A stretch of 64,000 bases of DNA, taken from contig OY740792.1 in NCBI GenBank assembly GCA_963514005.1, positions 34,658,001 to 34,722,000 on the forward strand, given 5' to 3'. Source of the DNA: Raja brachyura (taxonomy: Eukaryota). This document shows positions 51,744 through 64,000 of this stretch, piece by piece. Both the position numbers and the translations under genes were made by a program. The notes beneath the pieces are model-generated. The model was not told the origin of the DNA. It did not search any database and saw only the letters and a list, made by a program, of their open reading frames with translations. Every line of letters begins with the position of its first letter. Position 1 is the first letter of the stretch.

Positions 51744-51809
51744 CTGGCAATCGAGTGATCAGTCTGCACTCTGAGGAGTACTGCGTGACAGCTGAATGTG
51801 CAGAGGCTG
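51744..51809 (+). CDS. PHEX: PHEX coding exon 2
   Basis: ttttatttgcag acceptor and G|GTAAGT donor, phase 1-1, 66 nt: (A)GNRVISLHSEEYCVTAECAEA; human has ...QEYCLKPECIEAA. Confidence 0.9.
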
Positions 51810-52219
51810 GTAAGTGGCCACTTTATTACATTTGTGGAATTATGTTTTATTTCCTTCACAGGATATGCTCAATGGAGCTGTGTTTTATACCATTCCCTGC
51901 TGCTTAGAAAGATGGACCTTTGCTATCACCTGAAATCCCAGCTTGTTTTGTTGCACTTTTCTCCTTTATAAAGGAAGCTCTATTATGGTCTGCATCTGGT
52001 TCATATAAATCCAAAAACTCTCCTCGTAGGCTTTCTGAATCTAAACCAAAACACATGACACACACTCCCTTCAATGCCAAATTCATCCGATTTTGTCCCG
52101 TGTCAATCCAAAGCCTCCTTCTCTTCCGTGACAACACATCCAATTCCAATGTGGCTTTTTTACAGTCTGTATCAAAGACTACATCAACATTTCCACTGGC
52201 CCACGCTTTTGCTATAGTG

Positions 52220-55200
52220 TGATTAATCGCAAGCTGAATAACCTTGTTCTTTCCCCTATCCTGCACCTGAATGGGAAGGGCAACAATTTCCCGGCAGGCA
52301 GATTTGCTAGTGCGCCGTGGGTAGGTTTAAACTCGATTTGCAGAGGGACAGGATCCAATGTCGGCAGGTGAGAGGCTGGAAAATGATGACAACAGAAATT
52401 GGGGCTTTGGCCAGGAAAAAGGAGGCAAGTGACAGATATGAGCAGCTGGGATCAAATGTATCCCTGGAGGAGTTTTGGGAACTGAGGAGCATACTTAAAT
52501 AGGTAACCAGGAAGGCAAAAAAGGGCAGGAGATGGCCCTGGCAGAAACGAAGAAAAATCCTTAGTTTATTATAAGTACATTGAGGAAAGAGGGTACTAAA
52601 GAGAAAATAGACCCCTCTGAAACCAAAGCAGCAATCTTTGCTGAGACGATGGGCATGCTTCTCAATGAGTATTTCTCCTCTGCTTTTATCATGGAGAAAG
52701 ACATGAAAACTAATGGAGGAGTCTTGAGGACGATGGTCGAGGAGATGCTGAACATCCTAAGATGTATGAAAGTAGATAAATCTCTTGGGCCTGTTCAGAT
52801 ATATCCGTGGTCTCTGCGGTCAGCTGAAGAAGAATTGCAGACGATATATAAATTATCATTAGACACAGTGAGGTACCGGAAGACTGGAGGGTGATTCATG
52901 TTGTACCTCTATTTAAGAAGGGCTGCAAGGAAAAACCTGGGAACAACTGACCCGTGAGCCTAACATCTGTGGTAGACAAGTATTGGAGAGTTTTCTGAGG
53001 AATAAAGTATGGATTTGGATAGACAGGCTGATTAGGGAGAGTCAGCATGGTTTTGTAAGTGGGAGATCATATCTCAAACCTACTTGAGTTTTTTGAAGAA
53101 GTAACCAACAGGGTTTATGAGTGCTAAGCCACATATGATGTCTACATGGTCTTCATCAAGGCATTTGATAATGTTTCACTTGGTTAGATCACACTGGATC
53201 CAGGGAGAGCTCGCTGTCTCAATAGAAAATTAGCTTCACTGAAGCAGTGACGGTGAAGGGTTGTTTTTTTTGGACTGGAGACCTGTGACTAGTGGAATGC
53301 CTCGGGGATCATTGCTGTTTGGGGTTTATATTAACAATTTGGATGAGAATGTATTCATGATTACTAAGTTTGTAGATGACACTAAAGTGGAAGGTACTGT
53401 AGGTTGCAATGTGGTTTACAAAATGACACCAAGACCTTGATCATTTCGACGTGGGCTGAGCAATAGTTCATGGAGTTCAGTGCAGATAAGTGCAAGGTGT
53501 TGCATTTTGGGAAGCCAAGTCAAGGACTTCCACAGTGAATGGCAGCGCCCTGGGGAATGTGATAGAACAGAAGGATCAAGGAGCACAGGTGCATAATTAC
53601 TTGAAAATGGTGTCACATGTAGATGGGGTAGTCAAGAAGGCTTTTGGCACATTGTAGGTATGTTACAAAACTTACCTTTAGCGGTGCTGCAGTTCTGCCG
53701 CTGGCCGCGTGCGTGACTTTGGCGCCTTTAAGGGGGGGCGGGGTTGAAATGCGGTTTTCCCCTTGCAATCCGGAGCTTTATTTTCTCGGAGTGTGATCTA
53801 TTTCTGGAGATGCGTTCCGACTGCCGGTAAGTCCGTTTTTTAAAATAAATCGTCCGACTATTTAATTGCTGCAGTAAAATAAAAATTAGCTCCCAATGCC
53901 GTGAACGCCGCGAACGGGGACCGATTTTACGTAGGGGACAGGTAAGTGAAAGCTGTTTATTTTTTCATATAAACTTGTTTTTTTAGGGGACTTTAATCAA
54001 TATTTCATGTTGCGAAACGGTGATTTAGCCCCCATATGAACTGGCAGAATTTTTCCAGCTGATATGGGGTTTAAATTCACCGCTACCGCAACGTTCCAAT
54101 GCAGCGCGTTCCATAAAATCCCACTCACAAGCTGTTTAAAATGCCCATTAATTTACAGGCATTAAACACTGAATTCCTTCAATTTGGCCTATAAATTAAT
54201 GACAATTAGATTTAAAAATCATGTTTTATTGTGAATTATTGTGTGACTGGTAATTGGACACTTAGGCTTTAAATTAAAAAAAAATTTTTTTAATAGAAAT
54301 TGATAAATGTTTAGATCTAGTAATTGAATTTTGTAATTGGCTACAATTGGGTAACTAACTAATTATATGCTTTCATTTCAGGTCATCCAAGTAAGATTGT
54401 TTCAGATTTGTTTCAGAATACTTCAATCTATAATAACTGAAAATTTCTTTCAGTTCTCTTAAATTTTAAGGAAGTTATGGGCTTTTGACTGTCCTCGATC
54501 ACAACTTTTGTGACAAGTCAATAGAAAAGCAATAGGAAGCAAGTTGCTAATTTCCGAGTATGAAAATGGCCCTAACTTTTTTAATACTGAAGATATGAAA
54601 GTGAATTAGGTGTCAAATTAAACTTATTTTTATGCTTTATCTGATGGGATAAATTGCAGACTTGATTTTTTAAATCTCAAAATTTTGTTACATTGCTATA
54701 CATTGGCCTTCACCAGTATTGAATATAGAAGGTGGGATGCTATGTTACAGATGTAGAAGACATTGATGAGGCTGCATATAGAGTATTTTATTTACTTTTT
54801 AGTTCACTGGCTATAGGAAGAATGTGGCTATGCTGGAAAGAGTACAGAGAAGACTTACAAGCAATGTTGTTAGGTCTTGAGGGATTGAGCTATAGGGAGA
54901 GGTTGAACAGGTCAGGACCATATTCCTTGAGGCGCAGGAGGATGAGGGATGATCTTATAAAAGTGTATACATCGAATGCACAGTCTTTTACCCAGAGTAA
55001 GGGAATCAAGAATCAAGGACATGGGTTTAAGGTGAGAGGGAAAAATGTCACAGGAATCCGAGGAGCAACATTTTCACACAGCGGTGGGTATAAGGAACGA
55101 GCTGCCAGAGGAGGTAGTTGATGCAGGTAGTATAATAATATTTAAAAGATACTTGGACAGGTACATAGACAGGAAAGATTTGGAGGGATATGGGCCTAAC

Positions 55201-55305
55201 ACATTCCCAGGCAGGTGCGAATAGTGGCATCTTGGTGGCATCTTGGTCAGCTCGGGCAAGTTGGACAGAAGGGCCTGTTACTGTGCTGCATTACTCTATG
55301 ACTCT
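52220..55305 (+). mobile_element. Long degenerate CR1 (ORF1 remnant, RT, 3' end) interrupted by a hAT-like element
   Basis: KVDKSLGP, EDWRV and RRRMRDDLIKVY peptides; 3' UTR and tail at about 55260-55305. Confidence 0.78.
53655..54698. mobile_element. Non-autonomous hAT-like DNA transposon
   Basis: TIRs taggtatgttacaaaa / ttttgttacattgcta; 7-bp TSD cacattg/tacattg; the host CR1 rejoins across it. Confidence 0.8.
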
Positions 55306-58023
55306 CACTCCAAATTAATTCCAGTGCTCCAATCTTTGTCCACAACCCGTGACAATCCGGAAGGAATTCTATTACCCCATAACTCGGTTTCAAATTAAGA
55401 ATATTGCCTCTTCCCTCTTTCTCTGAAGTATTTATCCGGTTTGTCTTAAAGGATGCAGTGTATTTTGTGGTTAATCCTGCCATACTCCAGCAATCTGTGT
55501 GAAGAAAATTAAATGTTATCCTTGCTTTTGGTGGCAATTTTAAGTTCAGTGGCCATGAAGCAAAATAAATATTTATCCCCCTCACTGACATAAAACCTAT
55601 CAAAATTTAAATCTCCTCAGTCTCTGTTGTAAAAATAAACCCAGTTTTACAAATCTCAGTTCTTCAATTCTCCCATCTGCACTCACAGATTCTCAGCCGC
55701 TCACTCCAACATCTTTATTGGAGGGCTCCAGACCACACACGTTGCTTTATTTGTGGCTGGCCCAATAAATATATCATCTTGTACTTCTTTACTCTCACAA
55801 TCCCCAAGAGTCTAGAATGTTTGGTTGTCATTTGCATTTGGACTGGAACAATGAAATTCCTGCTTGCTGCAGCTTTGTGGACACACTGACACATCAAGAC
55901 ATCAATTAAATGTACAATAATAAATAACACCATAAACTATCAGTTCACCTCCAAAACCTTTGTCCAATGAAAGTTGTACTTGCACTTTACGCCCATTTTC
56001 TGGCTTCTACTCTGGTTCTGTTGGTTCCCAAGTGGCCCAGTGATGGAACAGCTGTCCCTGCCATGGGCAGGGCATGAGGTGGGAGTCCGTGGGTAGCTAG
56101 TGGTGAGATGGTCACTCCTTTTGCTGCTCAGGCACTTTCCACTATGAATGATCATGGGCTGGTAGCTTCCAAGAGTCGGTGAGGACACTTCAAGGAATCT
56201 TGGATCACATCTTAAATCTTTTCCTTGATCTTTCTGTGACAGCTCGGAATGGAGTGCCTGTTTCAGGAATCTGGTGCAAGTTGACACCCCACCATAGCTG
56301 ACTGAAATTGGGCTTCTTGACCCTCGTTAACCCACATACTTCCACATCATTCAATTATGTTTATATTCAAATTACTTGATGTAAATCTTTCAAATGTTTA
56401 CTGTATCTTTATGCACATGACATGTCCGTGAGGGATCAGAACAACTCTTCACTGCAAGGCTCCCAAAATGGACTGCTTCAGTTCATCTCATACACTTTTA
56501 GTGGAGTTCAGCAATGTCGACCACAAAGTTTGTCCCAACGACTTTCTGTGTTTGGGTCAAATCATCTGCATATTCAAGCTAACACAAATCAAAATTCTCT
56601 CTTTAAAAATATCCATGTCATCTGCCTTTGATGACTTCTCCAAATTGACTTAAAAATTCTCCAGTTAAACCAAAATGAAAATTGAAGATGTTAAATACAC
56701 TCAGCAGATCTACATACTCAGCAGATCAAAAACACAGAGGATCTTGAGTTTGTCTGTAACGAAGGTGGAAGCTTCCACCCGCTGCCTGGGGAATGATCAG
56801 CGCACACAAGTGCCTGTGTCTAGGGTGTAGCCTACATCCAATTCAGTTGTGGATAGTGTTGCCTTCCCAGACCTTGGTTGGCATGGCACAGAAGAGCTGC
56901 AGGATTTTGAAGACATCATTAAATAGCAGAGACGTGGAAATCAAGATTTTTAAAAATTTCTATAAGATCTTGATGGCATGACCAACATTTATTGCTTTTC
57001 CCTGATTTATAGTGGTGGCACATCCATTGTAAAATTGGTTAATTGCCATTTAAATGCTGTTGGAGGAAGTTGGTATGTCAGGGAGAATCTGTGGAGGGAA
57101 ATGGACCGTTGGCGCTTTGAATTGGGCCCTTTCATCTGGGCAGTCGGGCCCTTCATCTGGACTGGAAGAGTAAAGGGGAGGGAGCCAGAATAGCTAAGTG
57201 GAGGAGTGGCGGGACAAGATTTGGCAAGCATTTAGGTGGATCCAGGTGAGAAGTAGTTGGAGGCAACTGGAAACAGGTGGGGGAGGTATTTGTGGCTATA
57301 TTTTCATTTAGTTTAGTTTATTATTGTAATATGTACCGAGGTACAATGAAAAGCTTTTTGTTGCAAGCTATCCAGTCAAAGAAAAGACTATCCACGATTA
57401 TACATATACAAGTCATGACTGCACTATAACTGGTGAGAGGACGGTTCAGTTGCCTGATAATAGCTGGGAAGAAACTCTTCTCTCGATCCATCGATCTGCT
57501 GCATGAATTCCTGCTGGAATATAGGATCACTGTTCTTGGGTTTTCAGCAGACATTGCATGGAAACGGGCTCAGCAGCCCAGCTTGCCCATGTCGTCCAAA
57601 GTATAAAAGGGTGGCCAAAACTGAACACAATATTCCAACTATGGCCTCACCAGCACCTTGTACAGCCCAGCAACATAACATCCCAACTTCAATACACAAA
57701 ACTCTGACTGATAAAGGCCAATGTGGCAAATGCCTTCTTGACCACCTTATCAACCTGCGACCCCACTTTAAAGGAAGTATCCAAATTCAAATTGTCAATC
57801 TGCTTTATCCAAGAGAATTTTCTTGCCTGCGGTCTAACGAGCAACAGATAAAGTGTTGAAGGCAGACTCCTGCTGTGCTGTCAATTTTGCCAGATCGGTC
57901 CTCCCAAACTTCCCTGCAAATTAAAATTCTGCCCAGAGTCTGCATGCAAGCAGAGGTACATACCTCCTTTAAAGTAATTCCAGAAGTAATCCAGAGATCA
58001 CTACCCTGGAGGACCTGCTTTTT

Positions 58024-58400
58024 AGAAACATAGAAACATAGAAATTAGGTGCAGGAGTAGGCCATTCGGCCCTTCGAGCCTGCACCGCCATTCAATATGA
58101 TCATGGCTGATCATCCAACTCAGTATCCCGTACCTGCCTTCTCTCCATACGCTATGATCCCTTTAGCCACAAGGGCCACATCTAACTCCCTCTTAAATAT
58201 AGCCAATGAACTGGCCTCAACTACCCTCTGTGGCAGAGAGTTCCAGAGACCCACCACTCTCTGTGTGAAAAAAGTCCTTCTCATCTCGGTCCTAAAGGAT
58301 TTCCCCATTATCCTTCAGCTGTGACCCCTTGTCCTGGACCTCCCCAACATCTGGAACAAACTTCCTGCATCTAGCCTGTCCAACCCCTTAAGAATTTTGT
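58024..58400 (-). mobile_element. CR1/HER1 3' fragment
   Basis: FFTQRVVGLWNSLPQRVVEA; (TTTCTATG)n tail. Confidence 0.9.
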
Positions 58401-58864
58401 CAGTTTTGCAAATTTTGTAGACTTTTGCTTAACACGCTATACTCATTTTGCAGGACCTCATTCCTTTTCCAACCAATGTCATTTGTGCCGACATGCATGA
58501 TGACTTCCAGCTGCTCACCCTCTCCCCTGAGAATGACAAGCAGCCGCTCTAAGACGTCCTGGCCCTGGCCCCAGGGAGGCAACACCCTAGAGTCCCGCTT
58601 GTGGCAACAGTATCTTCTGTCTATGTCCCTAACTAAAGAGTCACCTAACACTCTGGGTCTGCCTGACATTACCCTCCTCTGCTACGCCTCAGAGCCAGTC
58701 TCCATGCACAGTCCTGCATAGTACACCTGCTCAACCCAGATGTGTCATCCCACCCAACAGCATCCAAAAGGGTTTACCTGTTTTGAAGGGGAATGGCCAC
58801 AGGCCACAATGACTATAAGTCTTGTCCAAGAAGCACCCATTCTCCCAGATTGTCCTAAAGTCAT
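58400..58864 (-). mobile_element. CR1 ORF1 SGNH esterase remnant
   Basis: VLGDSLVR and MHVGTNDIG motifs (ORF 58400-58669); continues at 60043-60100. Confidence 0.8.
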
Positions 58865-60042
58865 AAAGTGTTAAAGAAGGAACTGCAGATGCTGGAAAAT
58901 CGAGGGCACACAAAATGCTGGAAAAACTCCACTATCTCCATCGCAGGTGATAGACTCCGACATCCACTATATGCCCACTGACTCCTACCACTATCTGGAC
59001 TACTCCTCCTCCCACCCTGCTTCCTGTAAGGTCTCCATCCCCTATTCCCAATTCCTACGCCGGATCTGCTCCCAAGATGAGGTGTTCCACACCAGGGCAT
59101 CACAAATGTCCTCATTCTTCAGAGAACGGGGGTTCCCCTCCCCCACTATAGATGAGGCTCGCACCAGGGTATCCTCCATACCCCACAACACTGCCCTCTC
59201 TCCCCATCCCCCCACTCGCAACATGGGCAGAGTTCCCCTGGTCCTCACCTTTCACCCCACCAGCCGGCACATACAACACATAGTCCTCCACCAGTTGCGC
59301 CACCTCCAATGTGACCCCACCACTCGCCACGTCATCCCATCTCCCCCCCATCTGCCTTCCACAAAGGCCGCTCCCTCCGCAACTCCCTTGTCAATTCTTC
59401 CCTTCCCTCCCGCTCCACCCCTTCCCCGGGCACTTTCCCTTGCAACCGCAAGAGATGCTACACTTCTCGCTTTACCTCCCTCCTCCACTCCATTCAAGGA
59501 CCCAAGCAGTGGTTCCAGGTGGGATAGAGGTTCACCTGCACCTCCTTCAACCTCATCTATTGCATCCGCTGCTCTAGATGTCAGCTGATCTATATCGGTG
59601 AGACCAAGCGGAGGCTTTGCGATCGTTTCGCCGAACACCTCCGCTCGGTCCGCATTAACCAACCCGACCTCCTGGTGGCTCAGCACTTCAACTCCCCCTC
59701 CCATTCCGTATCCGACCTTTCTGTCCTGGGCCTCCTCCAAGCCAGAGTGAGCAACGCTGCAAATTGGAGGAACAGCACGTACCGCTTGGGGAGTCTACAT
59801 CCTCTTGGCATGAACATCGAATTCTCTCAAGTCTGTTGACCCTTGCTGTCTCCTCCCCTTCCTACCTCTCTCGCAGCCCTTGGGCTCCTCCTCCTCCTTT
59901 TCCCTTTCTTCCCCCTGCCTTCCCCCCCCCCCCCACCCCCCAACAGTCTGAAGGGGAGTTTCGGCCCAAAACGTTGCCTATCTGCCTCGCTCCATAGATG
60001 CTGCTGCACCCGCTGAGTTTCTCTAGCACTTTGTGTACCCTG
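58865..60042 (+). mobile_element. Penelope-like element: inverted repeat stub, RT C-terminus, GIY-YIG and terminal repeat
   Basis: PTDSYHYLDYSSSHPASCKVSIPYSQF; YIGETKRRL..RFAEH; 13-bp TSD gtcctaaagtcat (58852-58864, 60043-60055). Confidence 0.9.
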
Positions 60043-61021
60043 GTCCTAAAGTCATCCAGCTGCAGCTCCAGTTCCCTAACATGGTCTTTAAGGAGCCTGG
60101 ACACATTGATTGAGAGTTGATGCGATTTTCATATGGAATTAATAGAAATCCAATCTGGTGTATTTTTCATGGAGAAAGGAATGCATTAGCCGGCCTACTC
60201 CCTTTGGAACAAGCTGTCATTACAAATTAAATTTCTTATACCCCTAATCTATCTGATGTTCTGCCAGGCGGGGGTGGGGGGTGTAGGGTGGGGCAGGATG
60301 TTACCATGTCTCCCGTGGTTTGATCAGCATTCACTGGTGTAACTGGCTGATGTTCTAATCTACCTCTGAATTTTGGGTGACCAGTTCTTACATAGTTTTG
60401 GGTTGCCCAGCTGCTCGGCAACCCAGTTGTTAGGCCGATGAATCAGATACAAGGCTGTTTACTCTCCAAACCTTCCATTAAAACCCTTTTCTCTTTTGGC
60501 TTGAGAAGTGGGAGGGCTGAGTTCATGTCCAAAACAGTTCAGGATTCAAGAGTGATTAGTTGTCATATGTACACCAGAAGCAGATCAGTGACATCCATGC
60601 TTGCTGCAGGTTTACAGGCGCATTGATGCAACAACACAACCAGTAAAAAATACAATGATCAATAATGCATTAAATAGTCAGTAATGCTAGGTAACAAGAC
60701 CATAATAGTGCAAACCAAACTATGGATGAACCGAACAAAGCCCATGGTAAATAATTGCTAGGGTAGGCTTGTGGTTAGGGTTGTGCTGTGTGGTTCAGAG
60801 CTTAATGATTTTTAGGAGATCATGTTTTGGATTGGGAGTTCTTGAAGATCACTTCTTGTTTGTTTGCTCATTGGGCTGAGGACATGGACGTGACAAAATG
60901 ATATGAATATTGCATTCATATTCAAGAACTGTGGTAACATTGCAAAGGCTTTCACCCAAGTGCCTGTAATATAAACATTAGTGTCAGTGCTGTTTGACTG
61001 TGTTCTCGTTTCCTCTTCCAG

Positions 61022-61183
61022 CTGTTTTCATATTTAACAAAATCAACTGGTCAGCAGATCCATGCGACAACTTCTTCAATTTTGCTTGTGGAAGGTGGCA
61101 GAAGGAGACTCCCATCCCTGAGGATTATTCCAGCTATGGGACGTACACCTGGGTTCAACAGAATGTCAAAGTCAAGCTGCGAG
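61022..61183 (+). CDS. PHEX: PHEX coding exon 3
   Basis: ttcctcttccag acceptor; 162 nt, phase 1-1: (A)VFIFNKINWSADPCDNFFNFACGRWQKETPIPEDYSSYGTYTWVQQNVKVKLR; human has DPCDNFFRFACDGW..NPIPEDMPSYGVYPW. Confidence 0.95.
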
Positions 61184-61741
61184 GCAGGTTCACTTTAAAA
61201 ATATATATATACTAATAGGATTGAATTGATGGATACATTTTCCAATTTTGAAAGGTAGGTCATGAATTTACATTGCACCTTTTAGATTTGTGAACAAGTG
61301 ATAAATGTGCGCTATTAATGGTACACATTAAGGTGAAGGTTGGTCGGCATGTAAAAGTGGGCCCTGCTGCTTTTAACAATGCCAGGGCATATTTTCAGTG
61401 ATCTGCAGAAATATTTTCAGTGGGAATATGTGGACCAGGTCTTACTGCCTTTTTCCAAGGGGATGATAAAGCTGTGACTAAAGAAGCAAAATGCTGGAGT
61501 AACTCAGCTGGACAGGCAGTATCTCTGGATATAGGGAAAGGGTGATGTTTCGGGTTGAGACCTGTCTTCAGACTACACAGCCCGTTTGTGTCATTTTAAT
61601 AACTGCTCAGTAGTTTAGTTCTCACTATTTCATTATAAGAAGGACATTTGAAAAAAAACAAATATTGATTATTGTGAATTAATATTCTTAACATGTTTAA
61701 GGATAATCTATGGTGCTTGTCGACCCCCAGGGGAACATTTT

Positions 61742-61890
61742 TAAGAAAGAACTGCGGATGCTGGAAAAATTGAAGGTAAACAAAAATGCTGGAGAAACTC
61801 AGCGGGTGAGGCAGCATCTATGGAGAGAAGGAATAGGGGACGTTTCGGGTCGAGACCCTTCTTCAGACTAATGTCGGGGTGTGGGGGGGA
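61742..61890 (-). mobile_element. Penelope-like terminal repeat with an intact hammerhead core (61839-61866)
   Basis: Reverse complement CTGAAGAAGGGTCTCGACCCGAAACGTC; another, degenerate copy at about 61480-61575. Confidence 0.78.
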
Positions 61891-62548
61891 AACATAGAAA
61901 CATAGGAAATAGGTGCAGGAGTAGGCCATTTGGCCCTTCGAGCCTGCACCACCATTCAACATGATCATGGCTGTCATCCAACTCAGTATCCCGTACCTGC
62001 CTTCTCTCCATACCCCCTGATCCTTTTAGCCACAAGGACCACATCTAACTCCCTCTTAAATATAGGCAACGAACTGGCCTCAACTACCTTCTGTGGCATC
62101 TCGGTCCTAAAAGATTTCCCTCTTATCCTTAAACTGTGACTCCTTGTCCTGGACTTCCCCAACAGCGGGAACAATCTTCCTGCATCTAGCCTGTCCAACC
62201 CCTTAAGGATTTTGTAAGTTTCTATAAGATCCCCCCTCAATCTTCTAAATTCTAGCGAGTACAAGCCGAGTCTATCCCGTCTTTCTTCATATGAAAGTCC
62301 TAACATCCCAGGAATCAGTCTGGTGAACCTTCTCTGTACTCCCTCTATCGCAAGAATGTCTTTCCTCAGATTTGGAGACCAAAACTCTACGCAATACTCC
62401 AGGTGTGGCCTCACCAAGACCCTGTACAACTGAAGTAGAGCCTCCATACTCCTATACTCAAATCTGTTTGCTATGAATGCTAACATACTATTCATTTTCT
62501 TCACTGCCTGTTGCACCTGCATGCCTACTTTCAATGACTGGTGTACCT
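61891..62548 (-). mobile_element. CR1/HER1 3' fragment
   Basis: ORF 61983-62534 encodes the CR1 RT C-terminus; 3' UTR and tail. Confidence 0.92.
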
Positions 62549-62549
62549 G

Positions 62550-63090
62550 TAGTTAATAATAAAGTGTTTACAATGACCCTTTCTGATGTTTGCCATGAAG
62601 CTGATTAGATTTGAGTCATTTATTTGATTGTTTATCCTTGTCCCGAAAGGTTATTGTAAAGATGGGGCATTTGAATTCTGCTTTTTGAACACAGTCCGAT
62701 TCGGTGTTCCAATGCAGAATACTTATGTTTCATTGATCAGCCATTAACTAAAATGTAGTTAGTAATAACGTTTTGTAAACTACCTTTCCTGATGCATGAT
62801 GCTGAATTGATTGGAGTCAGCATCAATTTTATTTGATTGTAGCACCTTGCCCTGAAAAGGTATTGCAAAGTTAATGGAAATGAATGCTGCTTGCTACAAG
62901 CAGAGTAATTCCAAAGCAGTATGGATATTTTTCATATATTGGCCAGTATCTAAAAAATAGAATAACATGTTGTTAACTACATTTTCTCGTGTATGTCACG
63001 ATGCTGAATAGATTGGGGTCATTTATTTGATTGTATCTTCTTGCCCTGAAAAATCATTGGAAAGTTAATGAAATTGAATGTGACATGCTT
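62550..63090. repeat. Diverged tandem triplication of a unit of about 200 bp
   Basis: Anchor tttatttgattgt at 62619, 62828 and 63022, with colinear flanks. Confidence 0.75.
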
Positions 63091-63094
63091 TGCT

Positions 63095-63730
63095 TTGTCT
63101 CACTGATGTATGGGAGGCCAGATCAGGAACACCGGCTGCAGTGGATGTAGTTAAACGAGGTGCACATGATCTTCTGTCTCACCTGGATGGTCTGCTCTGG
63201 TCCTAGGATGGATGAGGGTGGAGGTATAGGGACAGGTGTTATATCTCCTGTGATTTCAGGGGAAAGTGAACTGAGAAGAGGATGATTTGAGTGGGAAGGG
63301 ATGAGTGAGCCAAGGAGTTGCAGTCTCGGCAGAAGGCGGAAAGGGGTGGGGATCGGAAGATGTGACTGGCGGTGGGATCATGTGGAGATGGCGGAAAAGT
63401 CAGAGAATGATGTGTTGGATGCGGAGGCTGTTGAAATCTAAGGTAAGGAACGGGAACTCCAAACGTGTTCCGTCTGGGGGAGGTGGGAGAGAGAGCAGAA
63501 CTACAGGACACAGAGAAGGGCATGGGTGAAAGATCCATCTATGACTGCAGGGAGGAAACCACATTTACTAATGAAAGAGGACATCTTGATAGTTTGTACC
63601 CTGTGATGGAGACTGAAATCAAGATAGGGGAGAAGGGTTTCAGAGTTTGTCCAAATGAATTTGAGGGCAGTGCGGAAGTTAGTGATAAGGTTAATAAAAT
63701 CAATGAGTTCTGCATGGGTGCAGTAAAGTT
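63095..63730 (-). mobile_element. Degenerate Penelope-like fragment
   Basis: Antisense similarity to the PLE RT/linker at 59000-59640 and 46740-46860. Confidence 0.65.
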
Positions 63731-64000
63731 AATGAAATTAATGAGTTCTGTATGGGTGCGGTGCTTGTTCTCACCCTCAACAACTTCTCCACAGATGCTG
63801 CCGTCTGACCTACTGAGTTCCTCTAAAACTTTATGTTTTGCTTAATATTCTGGCATCTGCAGTATCTTGTGTCTCGGTTAGATCAGGTAGATCAAAAAGA
63901 AAAAACAATCAGAGTCTAATATAGTGTTGCAGCTCCAGATAAAAATAAAATGTAAGGCCTCAATCTGTGGATGAGAAGGGAGGCAACAAAGTAGGTTGGA

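Noticed and set aside
55940-56300. RTE-clade LINE remnant (LKQALHSEL-like motif)
   Set aside because: A single weak motif, too degenerate to list as a feature.

Overview
Repeat-dense vertebrate genomic DNA. The HER1/CR1 LINEs, HE1-type V-SINEs and a DeuSINE point to a cartilaginous fish, probably a skate or ray (inference). Only five exons of two host genes are supportable, both on the + strand and in the same order as human Xp22.11. The first gene is spermine synthase (SMS): last two coding exons at 11680-11795 and 15964-15994, separated by a U12-type minor-spliceosome intron. The second is PHEX: first three coding exons at 33471/33477-33594, 51744-51809 and 61022-61183, with exon 3 apparently ending at a GC donor. 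The rest is nested mobile DNA: many CR1/HER1 fragments, a young L1 with a 14-bp TSD, Tx1, Rex1-like, L2-like, Tc1 and several non-autonomous DNA transposons. Penelope-like elements carry minimal hammerhead ribozyme cores and also occur as small fold-back, TSD-flanked units. The most unusual object is a 4.7-kb DIRS-type element in PHEX intron 1. Its termini and internal complementary region match perfectly, its coding region has decayed, and it carries two tandem arrays of multi-hairpin units, one showing apparent covariation. No CRISPR, rRNA, tRNA or prokaryotic system is supported. All calls are by eye; no searches or folding were run.
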